Assembly: GCA_029247025.1 (NCBI GenBank)
Contig: JAQWLZ010000005.1
Location: 1-24,000, forward strand
DNA length: 24,000 bases
DNA from: Alphaproteobacteria bacterium
GTDB lineage: Bacteria; Pseudomonadota; Alphaproteobacteria; TMED109
Direction of reading: 5' to 3'
The notes under the pieces are model-generated. The model saw nothing but the letters and a program-made list of their open reading frames with translations. It did not search any database and had not been told where the DNA came from. Positions within the stretch are counted from its first letter, which is position 1. Each line of letters starts with the position of its first letter. The translations under genes were made by a program, and so were the position numbers. Below are positions 14,351 through 24,000 of the stretch, piece by piece.

Positions 14351-14845
14351 ATGATTGAAAATTTTAATAAAGTTTCTGATAGTTATGACTCTGATAAAGT
14401 AGAATGGAGAAATTATAAAGACTTAAATAATAAAGACTTCAAAATTGATTTTGATTACAGTCTTTTAGGCTTTGATATTCAAAATGGAAGATTAGATATG
14501 CTTCTTAGATATCCTGAAGGAAGCAGTCACTGCAGAAGGCACCGTCATGTAGCCTCTACAGTAACTCTAGTTTTACAAGGTGAGCAATACCTTACAGAAA
14601 TTAATGAAGACGGCTCCAAAAATTTAATATATAGGAAAAAAGGAGATTATGCATTGGCAAAATCAGATGCTTCTCCTCACTTAGAGCACGGCGGTGAAAA
14701 GGGTGGAACAGTATTACTATCTATGCAAGCTAAAGAAGGTATCTTATTTGAATATTATGATGAGAATATGTCTAATAGTTGGACAGTCTCAGTAGAAGAG
14801 TTTGTTAGAAGTTGGGAAGAAGGTGCTACTTATGGTGATAAATAA
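14351..14845 (+). CDS. Cupin-fold protein (ChrR-like cupin), function unknown
   Basis: YPEGSSHCRRHRHVASTVTLVLQGEQY fits the cupin metal motif (H.H....v.vl.G). The ATG at 14351 has GGAGG 8 nt upstream, so it is preferred over the TTG at 14336. Confidence 0.55.
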   Translation: MIENFNKVSDSYDSDKVEWRNYKDLNNKDFKIDFDYSLLGFDIQNGRLDMLLRYPEGSSHCRRHRHVASTVTLVLQGEQYLTEINEDGSKNLIYRKKGDYALAKSDASPHLEHGGEKGGTVLLSMQAKEGILFEYYDENMSNSWTVSVEEFVRSWEEGATYGDK

Positions 14846-14859
14846 TATAGAATTAATAA

Positions 14860-15732
14860 ATGGATAGTTATTCTATTATTAGTAATGATAGGTCTATTTT
14901 AGGAGAGTCCCCTGTATGGGATGAGAAACTACAAAGAATATATTGGGTTGATATAGAAGGTAAGTGTTTACATGCATGGTCATATATAGAAAATAAAAAA
15001 CTAATTTGGAATTTTGATCATAGACTATGTGCAATTTCATTAACAAATCAAAATAATATACTTTTATGTGCGTTTGATACTTTTTTTTCTTTCTTTGACA
15101 TAACAAATCACATTATTAAAAAACTAGATAAACAAGTTAACCTTCCATCAAAGGTTCGTTTTAATGATGGAAAGACAGATGGTTATGGACGGTTTTGGTG
15201 TGGAAGTATGAGTGAATCTAATCCTTCTAAACCAGGTGGTGCAATATATATGTTGGATAGAAAACAAGAAATACATGAAGTTATAAAAGGTATACATATC
15301 AGTAATTCTATAACAGCATCATTTGATAATAAAAATTTTTACTACGCTGATACTTACAAAAAATTAATTTATAAAACATCTTTATATAAGAATAAACCTT
15401 ATATAAAAAATGCTAATATATTAGTAGATAATTCAAATGTATCCGGCTTTCCTGACGGCTCTACAGTGGACAGCAATAATACTCTATGGAATGCAGAATG
15501 GAATGGAGGGCAAGTTGCTCAATATGATAAGAATGGAAAAATAATAAGTACAATAAAGACTCCAATGAAAAAACCTACATGCGTTGCATTTGGAGGTCCA
15601 AATATGAATAAACTATTTATTACTTCCGCAAAAGATATAAATTCTAATGAAGATGATGCTTCTGGGAAAACTATTTGCATCCAAATGAATGTAAAAGGAC
15701 AATTATCGAATAGATATATTCTTAATTTATGA
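14860..15732 (+). CDS. SMP-30/gluconolactonase/LRE-family protein
   Basis: ILGESPVWDEKLQRIYWVDIEGKCLH, FNDGKTDGYGRFW, PDGSTVDSNNTLWNAEWNGG and FGGPNMNKLFITSA are the typical six-blade propeller lactonase motifs. Confidence 0.85.
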   Translation: MDSYSIISNDRSILGESPVWDEKLQRIYWVDIEGKCLHAWSYIENKKLIWNFDHRLCAISLTNQNNILLCAFDTFFSFFDITNHIIKKLDKQVNLPSKVRFNDGKTDGYGRFWCGSMSESNPSKPGGAIYMLDRKQEIHEVIKGIHISNSITASFDNKNFYYADTYKKLIYKTSLYKNKPYIKNANILVDNSNVSGFPDGSTVDSNNTLWNAEWNGGQVAQYDKNGKIISTIKTPMKKPTCVAFGGPNMNKLFITSAKDINSNEDDASGKTICIQMNVKGQLSNRYILNL

Positions 15733-15873
15733 AGTAAATATTAAATTTATTAGATTACTTTTATAAAATAGGTGCCAAGTATGAGTCATTATTATAATCA
15801 AGGTGATTATAAAAATTATAAGAAAAGCCATTCCAGGAATAGCCAGAGGTTTTATTTTAAGTTTACTTTTCAT
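15727..15873 (-). CDS. Possible 48-aa single-TM peptide (below the ORF-track cutoff)
   Basis: ATG at 15873 gives MKSKLKIKPLAIPGMAFLIIFIITLIIIMTHTWHLFYK.... The only support is that it fills an otherwise empty 255-nt spacer. Confidence 0.15.
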   Translation of the reverse strand: MKSKLKIKPLAIPGMAFLIIFIITLIIIMTHTWHLFYKSNLINLIFTS

Positions 15874-15987
15874 TTTTTAATTATTTATAAGTAAAATAAA
15901 GAAAATATATTTCTATTATGAAGATTATATGAAGTCAGAAATTTATTTAAAATATATAAAAAGTAAAAGTATTTCCAAAAAAAGACT

Positions 15988-17079
15988 ATGAACCCTATAT
16001 TCTTATATATGATAGGATTGATGCGCCATAATTTTTTTTCTTTTGTATGCTATTTTTTCTACTTTCTTACTTATAGTAGTAATATATTAGCTGAAAAAAT
16101 AGACTTAATAGAGAGTGAAGATATAACTATAATTGCTTTTGGTTCTTGCAATGACCAATCTTTATCACAAAATTTTTGGAAAAACATACAAGCTTATAAG
16201 CCTGATGTTTTTCTTCAAATTGGAGATAATGTTTATGCCAAAAATAAAAATTTAATTAGCTTAACTGATGCCTATAAAGATCTTAAAAATAATATTTATT
16301 ATCAAAATTTTTCATTAAATACTGAGATTATAGGAATATGGGATGATCATGACTATGGGAAGAATGATGGTGGAAAAAACTATAAGGATAAATACGAATC
16401 TAAAAATATATTTTTAAATTTTTTTGAAGTAAACAAAAACGATGAACGTTATTTTCGTGAAGGCTTATATAAAGAATATATTTTAAATTATAAAGATAAA
16501 TTTATACAAATAATTATTCTAGACACTCGTTTTTTTAAATCTGATTTTAAAGCTACAAATAATATAAATACTAAAGGTAAAGAAAGATATATTCCTGACT
16601 TCAGTGAAGATAAAACTATTCTCGGAAATAAACAATGGGAATGGTTTGAAGAACAATTGAAGAAAAAAGTTGATTTAAGAATTATTGTTTCTTCTTTTCA
16701 AGTATTACCAAAAGACCATGGTTGGGAAAAATGGGGAAATTTTCCTTTAGAACAAAGAAAATTATATTCTTTAATTAATAATACTAACCACCCTTATACT
16801 TTAATAATTTCTGGAGATAGACATGTTGGGGCTCTATATAAAAAAGAGTTGAGTAATAATATTAGTATTTATGAACTAACATCTAGCTCTTTAAATCAAC
16901 CTTTAAAATTTAAAGTTGAAGAGTACGATAGTATGCAGATAGGAGATTTAGTCGTTTCAGAAAACTTTGGCTTAATATCAATTGATTGGGCTCAAAGTAT
17001 AATATCTTTGCAATTGAAATCTCCTTATTTAACAAAAACAAATTCCTTGTTAAGGAAAGATATATTATTTAATAATTAA
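15988..17079 (+). CDS. PhoD-like metallophosphatase (alkaline phosphatase D family)
   Basis: N-terminal hydrophobic leader, then IIAFGSCNDQ, FLQIGDNVYA, GIWDDHDYGKNDGG and IISGDRHVG (calcineurin-like/PhoD motifs). Confidence 0.75.
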   Translation: MNPIFLYMIGLMRHNFFSFVCYFFYFLTYSSNILAEKIDLIESEDITIIAFGSCNDQSLSQNFWKNIQAYKPDVFLQIGDNVYAKNKNLISLTDAYKDLKNNIYYQNFSLNTEIIGIWDDHDYGKNDGGKNYKDKYESKNIFLNFFEVNKNDERYFREGLYKEYILNYKDKFIQIIILDTRFFKSDFKATNNINTKGKERYIPDFSEDKTILGNKQWEWFEEQLKKKVDLRIIVSSFQVLPKDHGWEKWGNFPLEQRKLYSLINNTNHPYTLIISGDRHVGALYKKELSNNISIYELTSSSLNQPLKFKVEEYDSMQIGDLVVSENFGLISIDWAQSIISLQLKSPYLTKTNSLLRKDILFNN

Positions 17080-17097
17080 ATATTAAGGGATTTAATA

Positions 17098-18957
17098 ATG
17101 AAAACAATAAAGCCTAAATATAAAATTTCTGATTTTGAATTACTAGTAACTAAATCTATATCTAGGAGAAACTTATTAAAAAACGGAATATCTTTTGGGG
17201 TATCAAGTTTTATATTAGGTACGGCGTCTAAATCTGTTCTAGCAGATAATAAAAAAACTAGCTTTGACTTTAACCAAGTAAAATCTAATACATTAGATAC
17301 AGTTACTTTACCAGATAACTATATGTGGCAAACAGTTATTAGGTGGGGAGACCCAATGTGGACTGAAGGAGAGGAATTTAATAGCTTTTCTAGAGGGAAT
17401 GCTAATTCTCAAAAATTATCTTTTGGAGATAATAATGATGGAATGCACTTATTTAATCATAATGGGCACAATATATTAGTTGTTAATAATGAATATACTA
17501 ATCAAAAAATTATTTATGGGAACAGAGACAGTAAAAGCGCAGAAAATTTAGATGACATTAATAAAGGTAAAGCTGCACATGGTATAAGCATAGTAGAACT
17601 TTCATTTAATAAAAAATGGGAGGTTGTAAAAGATTCTAATTTTAATAGAAGAATTACTGCAGATACTCCTATGGAACTATCTGGATATGCAAGAGGGCAT
17701 GAATTATTAAAAACATCTTTTGATAAAAATGGAACAAAGTGTCTAGGTACATGGAATAACTGTGGTAATGGGAAGACTCCTTGGGGAACCTATCTTGCAT
17801 GTGAAGAAAATTTTAATGGATATTTTTCAAGTAATGATAAAAAGACAAAGTTATCTAATGAATTTATAAGATATGGAATAAGTGCAAATGATTGGGGATA
17901 TAATTGGGCTAATTATGATGAGCGTTTTGATATTTCTCTTCATCCTAATGAGTCTAATAGATTTGGATATATAGTTGAAATAGATCCTCTTAACCCCAAT
18001 AGTATTCCAAAAAAATTGACTAGTTTAGGACGCTTTAAACATGAAAATGCAGAACTTGTAATTAATAAAGATAGTAGAGTAGTTGTATATATGGGTGATG
18101 ATGAGAGAGGAGAGTTTTTATATAAATTTGTTTCAGAAAATAAATATAAAAAAAATGGAGATAATAGAAACTTATTAAATAATGGAAAATTATTTGTAGC
18201 TAAATTTCATGATCATAAGAGGGGAGAGTGGATTGAACTAAATCCAAAAACAACTGGTTTTAAAACACAGGCAGAAATATGTATTTATACAAGAATTGCA
18301 GCATCAAATGTAGGTGCAACAACAATGGATCGTCCTGAATGGGTAGCTTCAAACCCTAATAAGGCAGAAGTTTATTGTTCTTTAACAAATAATAGAAATA
18401 GAGGTATTAAACCTAATAAGGGAGGTGACCTTACACCTTTATTTGGGCCAAATAAAAGAAAAAATAATATATATGGACAGATTATTAAATGGAATCCTAA
18501 TAATAATGACCATAGTTCCAATTTATTTGAATGGAGTTTATTTGCTATGGCTGGAAACCCGGAAATTCATAACAATAATTATGCCGGAACAGAAAATATA
18601 GATAAAGACAATATGTTCAACTCTCCAGATGGGTTAGGCTTTAATAAAGAAGGAGTATTACTTATACAAACAGATGGAAGCTATTCTAATGAAGGAGAAT
18701 ATATTGGAATGGGTAATAATCAAATGCTATGTGGTAATCCTATAACCGGAGAAATAAAAAGATTTTTAGTAGGGCCAAAAGAATGTGAAGTAACCGGTAT
18801 AACATGGAGTAAAGATTACAAAACACTATTTGTAGGTTTGCAACATCCAGGAGAGAAGGGAAATAGTAATTTTCCTGGAGGAAAAAATTCAGTACCAAGA
18901 TCATCTGTAATAGCAATTAGTAAAAAAGATGGTTCTAAAATAACATTCATATCTTGA
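17098..18957 (+). CDS. phoX: PhoX-family alkaline phosphatase (DUF839), Tat-exported
   Basis: Twin-arginine leader SRRNLLKNGISFGV, then FGDNNDGM, LGRFKHENA, MDRPEWV and FNSPDGLGF (beta-propeller PhoX motifs). RBS AAGGGA lies 18 nt after the previous stop. Confidence 0.85.
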   Translation: MKTIKPKYKISDFELLVTKSISRRNLLKNGISFGVSSFILGTASKSVLADNKKTSFDFNQVKSNTLDTVTLPDNYMWQTVIRWGDPMWTEGEEFNSFSRGNANSQKLSFGDNNDGMHLFNHNGHNILVVNNEYTNQKIIYGNRDSKSAENLDDINKGKAAHGISIVELSFNKKWEVVKDSNFNRRITADTPMELSGYARGHELLKTSFDKNGTKCLGTWNNCGNGKTPWGTYLACEENFNGYFSSNDKKTKLSNEFIRYGISANDWGYNWANYDERFDISLHPNESNRFGYIVEIDPLNPNSIPKKLTSLGRFKHENAELVINKDSRVVVYMGDDERGEFLYKFVSENKYKKNGDNRNLLNNGKLFVAKFHDHKRGEWIELNPKTTGFKTQAEICIYTRIAASNVGATTMDRPEWVASNPNKAEVYCSLTNNRNRGIKPNKGGDLTPLFGPNKRKNNIYGQIIKWNPNNNDHSSNLFEWSLFAMAGNPEIHNNNYAGTENIDKDNMFNSPDGLGFNKEGVLLIQTDGSYSNEGEYIGMGNNQMLCGNPITGEIKRFLVGPKECEVTGITWSKDYKTLFVGLQHPGEKGNSNFPGGKNSVPRSSVIAISKKDGSKITFIS

Positions 18958-19013
18958 TATTATATTTTTAATAGTTATTTTTTATTATTTAATCATCTTT
19001 ATTAAGGAATATT

Positions 19014-19556
19014 ATGGTCAGATTCATTTTTATTATATATCTAGTTCTAATTAAACAGAGTATTGGAGAAGAAGTTTTGTTTGAAAACTTTATTAAAAAC
19101 CCTGAAAAAAAATGGGAGTTTATAAGTGATCAGGTTATGGGTGGCGAATCTGATGGAAAAGTAGAATTTATCAAAGAAGATGATAAAAGCTTTGCGCGTA
19201 TGACAGGAATAGTGAGTTTAGAGAATAATGGTGGCTTTATTCAAATAAGGAAGAAGATAGACTATTCATTATCTAAAAATAGTAAAGCCATAAAAATAGA
19301 AGTAAGAGGCAATAATCAAGAATATTTTGTCCATATTAGAACTAGCGGAACTATTTTACCTTGGCAATATTATCAGGCTCCATTTTTAGCTACTAATGCA
19401 TGGGAAACACAAAATATAAACCTTAATGAATTTAAAAGGTCAGGAATTATGCTCGCAAAAAATATCAATCCTAAAAATATAAAATCTATAGCTATAGTTG
19501 CTTATGGAAAAGAATATGAAGCTGTTGTTGAAGTTAATAATATAATTATTTATTAA
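19014..19556 (+). CDS. CIA30-family (complex I intermediate-associated protein 30-like) secreted protein
   Basis: WEFISDQVMGGESDGKV...GGFIQIR fits the CIA30 domain signature (W..v.D.VMGG.S). It has an N-terminal signal-like segment. Confidence 0.65.
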   Translation: MVRFIFIIYLVLIKQSIGEEVLFENFIKNPEKKWEFISDQVMGGESDGKVEFIKEDDKSFARMTGIVSLENNGGFIQIRKKIDYSLSKNSKAIKIEVRGNNQEYFVHIRTSGTILPWQYYQAPFLATNAWETQNINLNEFKRSGIMLAKNINPKNIKSIAIVAYGKEYEAVVEVNNIIIY

Positions 19557-21333
19557 TTACTGCTAGAAAACTACTGCCATACTTTTTAAGTTTACTTGGC
19601 CCAACACCATTTATTTTAATCATTTCTTGTAAGCTTTCTGGCTTAAATTTTGCCATTTCTATGAGGCTTAAATCTGTAAAAATTACAAATGCTGGAATAG
19701 ACTTTTCTCTTGCGATGTTTAACCTTAGCTCTTTTAATGCGGTTAAAATTTTCAAATCATTATCGTCTATATCTGCAATTACTTTTATTCTATTATTCTT
19801 TGCACTTTTTGGCTCTTTTACTATTATTTCTTTATAATTAAAATATTTTTTATCTTTTAAAATTTCAAGGCCAGATCTTGTAATCTGTAAACAACCAAAT
19901 TTTTTAATATTAATTATTATGTGTCCTGAGGAAATTAGTTGTCTAATAAATCCTTGCCAAAAATCTTTTTTATAATTATTTCCTATACCGAAGGTTTTAA
20001 TTTTATCATGTTTCTTTTCAATTATTTTGTCAGTTTTATTTCCTAATAAAATGTTTATTATATGAATTGTTCCAAAATATTGTCCAGTCCGATATATTGC
20101 AGATAGAGCCATTTGTGCTAATTTTGTTCCATCAAGCATTTTAGGAGGAATTAAACAATTATCACAGTTATTACAATCTTCTACCTTTTCATCAAAATAT
20201 GATAATAAAGATTTTTTTCTGCATATTGGTGTCTCACAATAAGCTAAAAGACTATCAAGTCTTTTATTCTCTCTTAATTTATGTTGTATATCATCCCCAT
20301 CATTCTCTATGAAGCGGCGTCTTTGAAATAAATCATTAAGGCCATAGAGTAATAAAGTCTCAGCCGGATTCCCGTCACGACCTGCTCTTCCAATTTCTTG
20401 ATAATATGCTTCAATACTAGAGGGTAGACTTAGGTGAGCAACAAACCTTACATTTGATTTATTTATTCCCATTCCAAATGCAATTGTAGCTACTATAATT
20501 ACACCTCTATCATTCATAAAAATTTCTTGATTTGATTTACGTGTACTACTATCTTGCCCTGCATGATAAGGTATTGCATTATAATTATTTTTATTAAGGA
20601 ATAAAGAGACATCTTCAGTTTGTTTTCTTGATAAGCAATATATAATACCTGACTCACCATTTTTATTTTCTAAAAATATAAGTATTTGTTTTTTCCAATC
20701 ATCCTTTAGTTCTACAGCAAGACTTAGATTAGGCCTATCAAACCCTTGAATAAATATTTTTGAATTATAATTACTAAGTTTTTTAACTATATCTTCTCTT
20801 GTGTTTTTATCAGCTGTAGCTGTAAAGCCAGCAATAATAGAATCAGGATATATTTTAGATAATTGAGACAGTTCTTCATATTGGGGTCTAAAACTAACAC
20901 CCCATTTTGAAATACAATGAGCTTCATCAATAGCAAACATTGCAATATCAGTGTCACTAAGTTCTTGTAATGTTTTTTCACTCATCAAATTTTCAGGAGA
21001 TAAATATAATATTTTTATTTTACCTTTTTTAAAATTATCTAAGGTTTTTTTATTTAATTCTTCTGATATATGAGAATGAATTCTATCTGCAGCAACTCCA
21101 TTTTCTTTTAGAGATAAAATTTGATCGTCCATTAAAGCTACTAAAGGAGAAACTACAATTGTTCCTCTAGAAAATATTAATGCAGGAATTTGGTAGCATA
21201 ATGATTTACCTGCTCCGGTAGGCATTACAGCAAGTATATTTTTTTTATCGAGTAAATTATTGATAATCTCTTCCTGTCCAGAACGGAAAGAGTTATATCC
21301 AAATACATCATTAAGTATTTGTAGAGCCTGCAT
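19546..21333 (-). CDS. recQ: ATP-dependent DNA helicase RecQ
   Basis: MPTGAGKSLCYQIPAL, DEAHCISKWG, a Zn-finger Cys cluster (CRKK...CNNCDNC), and a C-terminal HRDC-like region (LKELRLNIAREKSIPAFVIF). It overlaps the convergent CIA30 gene by 11 nt. Confidence 0.93.
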   Translation of the reverse strand: MQALQILNDVFGYNSFRSGQEEIINNLLDKKNILAVMPTGAGKSLCYQIPALIFSRGTIVVSPLVALMDDQILSLKENGVAADRIHSHISEELNKKTLDNFKKGKIKILYLSPENLMSEKTLQELSDTDIAMFAIDEAHCISKWGVSFRPQYEELSQLSKIYPDSIIAGFTATADKNTREDIVKKLSNYNSKIFIQGFDRPNLSLAVELKDDWKKQILIFLENKNGESGIIYCLSRKQTEDVSLFLNKNNYNAIPYHAGQDSSTRKSNQEIFMNDRGVIIVATIAFGMGINKSNVRFVAHLSLPSSIEAYYQEIGRAGRDGNPAETLLLYGLNDLFQRRRFIENDGDDIQHKLRENKRLDSLLAYCETPICRKKSLLSYFDEKVEDCNNCDNCLIPPKMLDGTKLAQMALSAIYRTGQYFGTIHIINILLGNKTDKIIEKKHDKIKTFGIGNNYKKDFWQGFIRQLISSGHIIINIKKFGCLQITRSGLEILKDKKYFNYKEIIVKEPKSAKNNRIKVIADIDDNDLKILTALKELRLNIAREKSIPAFVIFTDLSLIEMAKFKPESLQEMIKINGVGPSKLKKYGSSFLAVINK

Positions 21334-21542
21334 TATATATCCATATTAATAAAGTTTCTATATTACTATAATTTTAGTTGTTAATCATTACAAACATAAT
21401 CATCTTTATTTAAATATCTTGCTATTAAATTATGCATGTGATATCGCCCCTTATAATTTTTATTTTATATAATTTATCTTATTAAGCTTAAAATAGACGT
21501 TTTATAGATTATATGAATTCTTAAAACTGAAAGTATAACTCT

Positions 21543-23018
21543 ATGGATTTTGATGAACTAGGTTTAACAGGCCCAATTCTTAAAGCAATTGCTTCTGAAA
21601 ATTATGACAAGCCAACTCCTATTCAAAATGCTGTCATTCCAAAATTTTTAAATAATCATGATATAGTTGGAATTGCTCAAACAGGTACTGGAAAAACAGC
21701 TGCATTTGTATTGCCTATATTGGAAAGGTTGATAAAGAAAAATAAAAAAAATTTACCTAAATCATTTCCTGTGCTCATATTAGTACCCACACGAGAGCTA
21801 GCAATGCAAATTATTGATAAAATTAGAACTTATGGAAAAATTATTAGGCCTAAAGCTGTTTTAATAGTGGGAGGTGCTAAACCGGGTCCACAGATAAAGT
21901 CTCTGAAGGATGGAGCTGATATTGTAGTTGCTACTCCTGGCAGATTATTAGATCATGTAAAATCTAAAGTTGCATATTTAAATAATACAAATACTGTAAT
22001 TTTAGATGAAGCGGATCAAATGTTAGATTTAGGGTTTATGCCTAGCATAAAGTTAATTATGTCTAATATTTCTAAATCAAAGCAAGCAGTTCTTTTATCT
22101 GCAACAATGCCCAAAGCGGTTAGAAGTCTAGCTAATGAATTTTTAAACAAACCTGAAGAAGTAAACGTTGCACCTACTGCAAAACCTATAGAGTTAATTG
22201 ATCAAAGAGTATTTATAGTTAAGAGAGAAGCAAAACTTAAATTTCTTAAAGATATATTTGATAATCATAACATTTATAGGTCTATAGTCTTTGTTAGAAC
22301 CAAGATAGGTGCAAATAAATTAGCAACTAAATTAAAGACATCAGGAATAGATGTAGATGCAATTCATGGTGATAAAAGTCAAAGTCAAAGAACTAGAACA
22401 TTAAAAAATTTTAGAATTGGAAAATTAAATATTTTAATAGCTACAGATATAGCTGCGAGAGGAATAGATGTGGATAATATTTCTCATATTATAAATTATG
22501 ACATGCCAAATGAATCTGAAATTTATATTCACCGAATAGGAAGAACAGCTAGAGCTGGAAAAAGTGGTATAGCAATCTCTTTGTGTGATGTATCTGAAAA
22601 AAGAAAGCTTAAATCGATTGAAAAATTGATAGGTTATTCTCTGTATGCAAAGGTATTAAATTCATCAGAAACTTTGACACTTGGTAATACTAATAAAAAT
22701 TCGACTTTAAAAGATAAAATTAATACTAAAAATGAATTAAATAGTAATAAAGTAGTTAAGAGTACAAAAAAAAGAAATTCAGCTAAACTTTTTAGTAAGA
22801 AAGCAAAAAAACGTTTTGCAGAAAAGAGAAAAAAAAGAATACAACAAGATAATCATCAATCTATAGAGAAACTAAGTACTAAACCAAATAAACGTAAAGA
22901 TAAAAAATTAAAAAATAACAGTGTAAAAAATAGTAATTTGCCTTTTAAAAAGAAGTCTAATAAAAGAAAATTTTCACTTAATTTAGATGATGCTTTTCAT
23001 GGTAAAGCTCATAATTAA
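21543..23018 (+). CDS. rhlE: DEAD-box ATP-dependent RNA helicase (RhlE-like) with a Lys-rich C-terminal tail
   Basis: Q-motif (PTPIQ), AQTGTGKTAAF, PTRELA, DEAD, SAT, HRIGRTARAG, and a ~120-aa K/N-rich tail. Confidence 0.9.
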   Translation: MDFDELGLTGPILKAIASENYDKPTPIQNAVIPKFLNNHDIVGIAQTGTGKTAAFVLPILERLIKKNKKNLPKSFPVLILVPTRELAMQIIDKIRTYGKIIRPKAVLIVGGAKPGPQIKSLKDGADIVVATPGRLLDHVKSKVAYLNNTNTVILDEADQMLDLGFMPSIKLIMSNISKSKQAVLLSATMPKAVRSLANEFLNKPEEVNVAPTAKPIELIDQRVFIVKREAKLKFLKDIFDNHNIYRSIVFVRTKIGANKLATKLKTSGIDVDAIHGDKSQSQRTRTLKNFRIGKLNILIATDIAARGIDVDNISHIINYDMPNESEIYIHRIGRTARAGKSGIAISLCDVSEKRKLKSIEKLIGYSLYAKVLNSSETLTLGNTNKNSTLKDKINTKNELNSNKVVKSTKKRNSAKLFSKKAKKRFAEKRKKRIQQDNHQSIEKLSTKPNKRKDKKLKNNSVKNSNLPFKKKSNKRKFSLNLDDAFHGKAHN

Positions 23019-23033
23019 ATTTCTAAATATTTA

Positions 23034-24000
23034 TTATTTTAATATAAATCCTTGATAATTATTTTTAGAAACTTCATCACATTTTTCAACATATTTTGAA
23101 TACCCTCCCACATAAGGCATAAAGTTTTTAGCCTTTCCTTTTATATTGGCACCAATATACCATGAGCTACAGGAAGAACGAACATGATCTACAGACACTT
23201 CTTGATTGTGTTTATACCATTCATTTTCTGCTTTTAAAGATGCTTCTATAAAATTTTTATTATTATTTTTCATGTATTTAATACAATCAAATATCCAGTT
23301 AACATGCTGTTCGATCGAAACTATCATATTTGTCAAAACTGATGGACTTCCTGGACCTGAGATAGTAAATAAATTTGGAAAACCTGAAGATGCTAAACCT
23401 AGATAATTTTTAGGACCTTCAGACCATTTATTTTTTAATTTAATATTATTTTTTCCTTCAATATCAATATTGAATAAGGTCCCTGTCATAGCATCAAAGC
23501 CTGTTGCTAAGATAATTATATCAAGATCATAATGATTTTTAGAAGTAGTTATTCCTTTTGTATAAAATTCTTCAAGAGGCTCTGTTTTCAGGTCAACAAG
23601 CGTTATATTAGGCTTATTATATGTTTCATAATAATTGCTATCTACAGCTAACCTTTTACAGCCTATTGGGTAATCTGGAGTTAATAGCTTAGCAACATGT
23701 GAATCTTTTACTAAAGACTTTATTTTGTTTCTTACAAATTTAGCAGCTGTTTCATTAGCTTCTCTATCAAAGTTTAAGTCTTCAAAAGCTGCAATAAAGG
23801 GAACTCCACCTTCATTCCACCTATCTTCGAATACTGTTTCTCTTCTTTCTTTAGAAACATCCAACGCAGACTGATGATTAATAGGTAAAGCCAGTGCGGC
23901 TAATGAATTTTGTGCTTTTAATCTAAAATTCGAATAATTATATTTAACTTCTTCTATAAATAAATCATTATCGTATCCCACAGGTTCTCTCATGTATTTT
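23034..24000 (-). CDS. Type I Baeyer-Villiger monooxygenase (cyclohexanone/acetone monooxygenase-like), N-terminus outside the window
   Basis: IILATGFDAMTG, GFPNLFTISGPGSPSVLTNM and SWYIGANIKGKAKNFMPYVGG...YQGF match the C-terminal two thirds of CHMO-type BVMOs. The reading frame stays open to the window edge. Confidence 0.85.
   Translation of the reverse strand, partial: KYMREPVGYDNDLFIEEVKYNYSNFRLKAQNSLAALALPINHQSALDVSKERRETVFEDRWNEGGVPFIAAFEDLNFDREANETAAKFVRNKIKSLVKDSHVAKLLTPDYPIGCKRLAVDSNYYETYNKPNITLVDLKTEPLEEFYTKGITTSKNHYDLDIIILATGFDAMTGTLFNIDIEGKNNIKLKNKWSEGPKNYLGLASSGFPNLFTISGPGSPSVLTNMIVSIEQHVNWIFDCIKYMKNNNKNFIEASLKAENEWYKHNQEVSVDHVRSSCSSWYIGANIKGKAKNFMPYVGGYSKYVEKCDEVSKNNYQGFILK

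Noticed and set aside
19546-19556. 11-nt overlap of the convergent recQ and CIA30-family 3' ends
   Set aside because: The overlap is real, but it is expected in a compact genome and has no evident regulatory structure.

Overview
This is an AT-rich (about 30% G+C by eye, not computed), tightly packed bacterial chromosome segment. I saw no transposase, integrase, phage gene or CRISPR array. It opens with the tail of an rRNA operon: 23S 3' end, 5S, then an initiator tRNA-Met. That order is typical of Alphaproteobacteria. With the short or overlapping intergenic spacers, it suggests a streamlined marine alphaproteobacterium (SAR11/Pelagibacterales-like), which is an inference.

The main feature is a same-strand, apparently translationally coupled eight-gene cluster at 2909-10170. 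It starts with a complete copper membrane monooxygenase (CuMMO; pmoC-pmoA-pmoB, the AmoCAB/PmoCAB family) that keeps all the copper ligands I recognise. It continues with:
- a PCu(A)C-like copper chaperone;
- an orphan membrane-anchored periplasmic protein in the position PmoD/AmoD normally occupies;
- CopC;
- a three-domain CopD / c-type cytochrome / Cys-less thioredoxin-fold fusion;
- an LpqC-type esterase.

Just upstream lie a type-1-copper cupredoxin gene broken by one in-frame TAA, a MAPEG (membrane glutathione-transferase family) gene and a small membrane protein.

The rest is mostly ordinary:
- DUF2061, preceded by a Fur-box-like palindrome, and a rhodanese;
- AcnB, a NUDIX hydrolase, DUF2805, a pentapeptide-repeat protein, a cupin and an SMP-30 lactonase;
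- adjacent PhoD-like and PhoX phosphatases plus a CIA30-family protein;
- RecQ, a DEAD-box helicase, and a truncated Baeyer-Villiger monooxygenase at the window edge.

The substrate of the monooxygenase (methane, ammonia, short alkanes or alkenes) cannot be read from this window.
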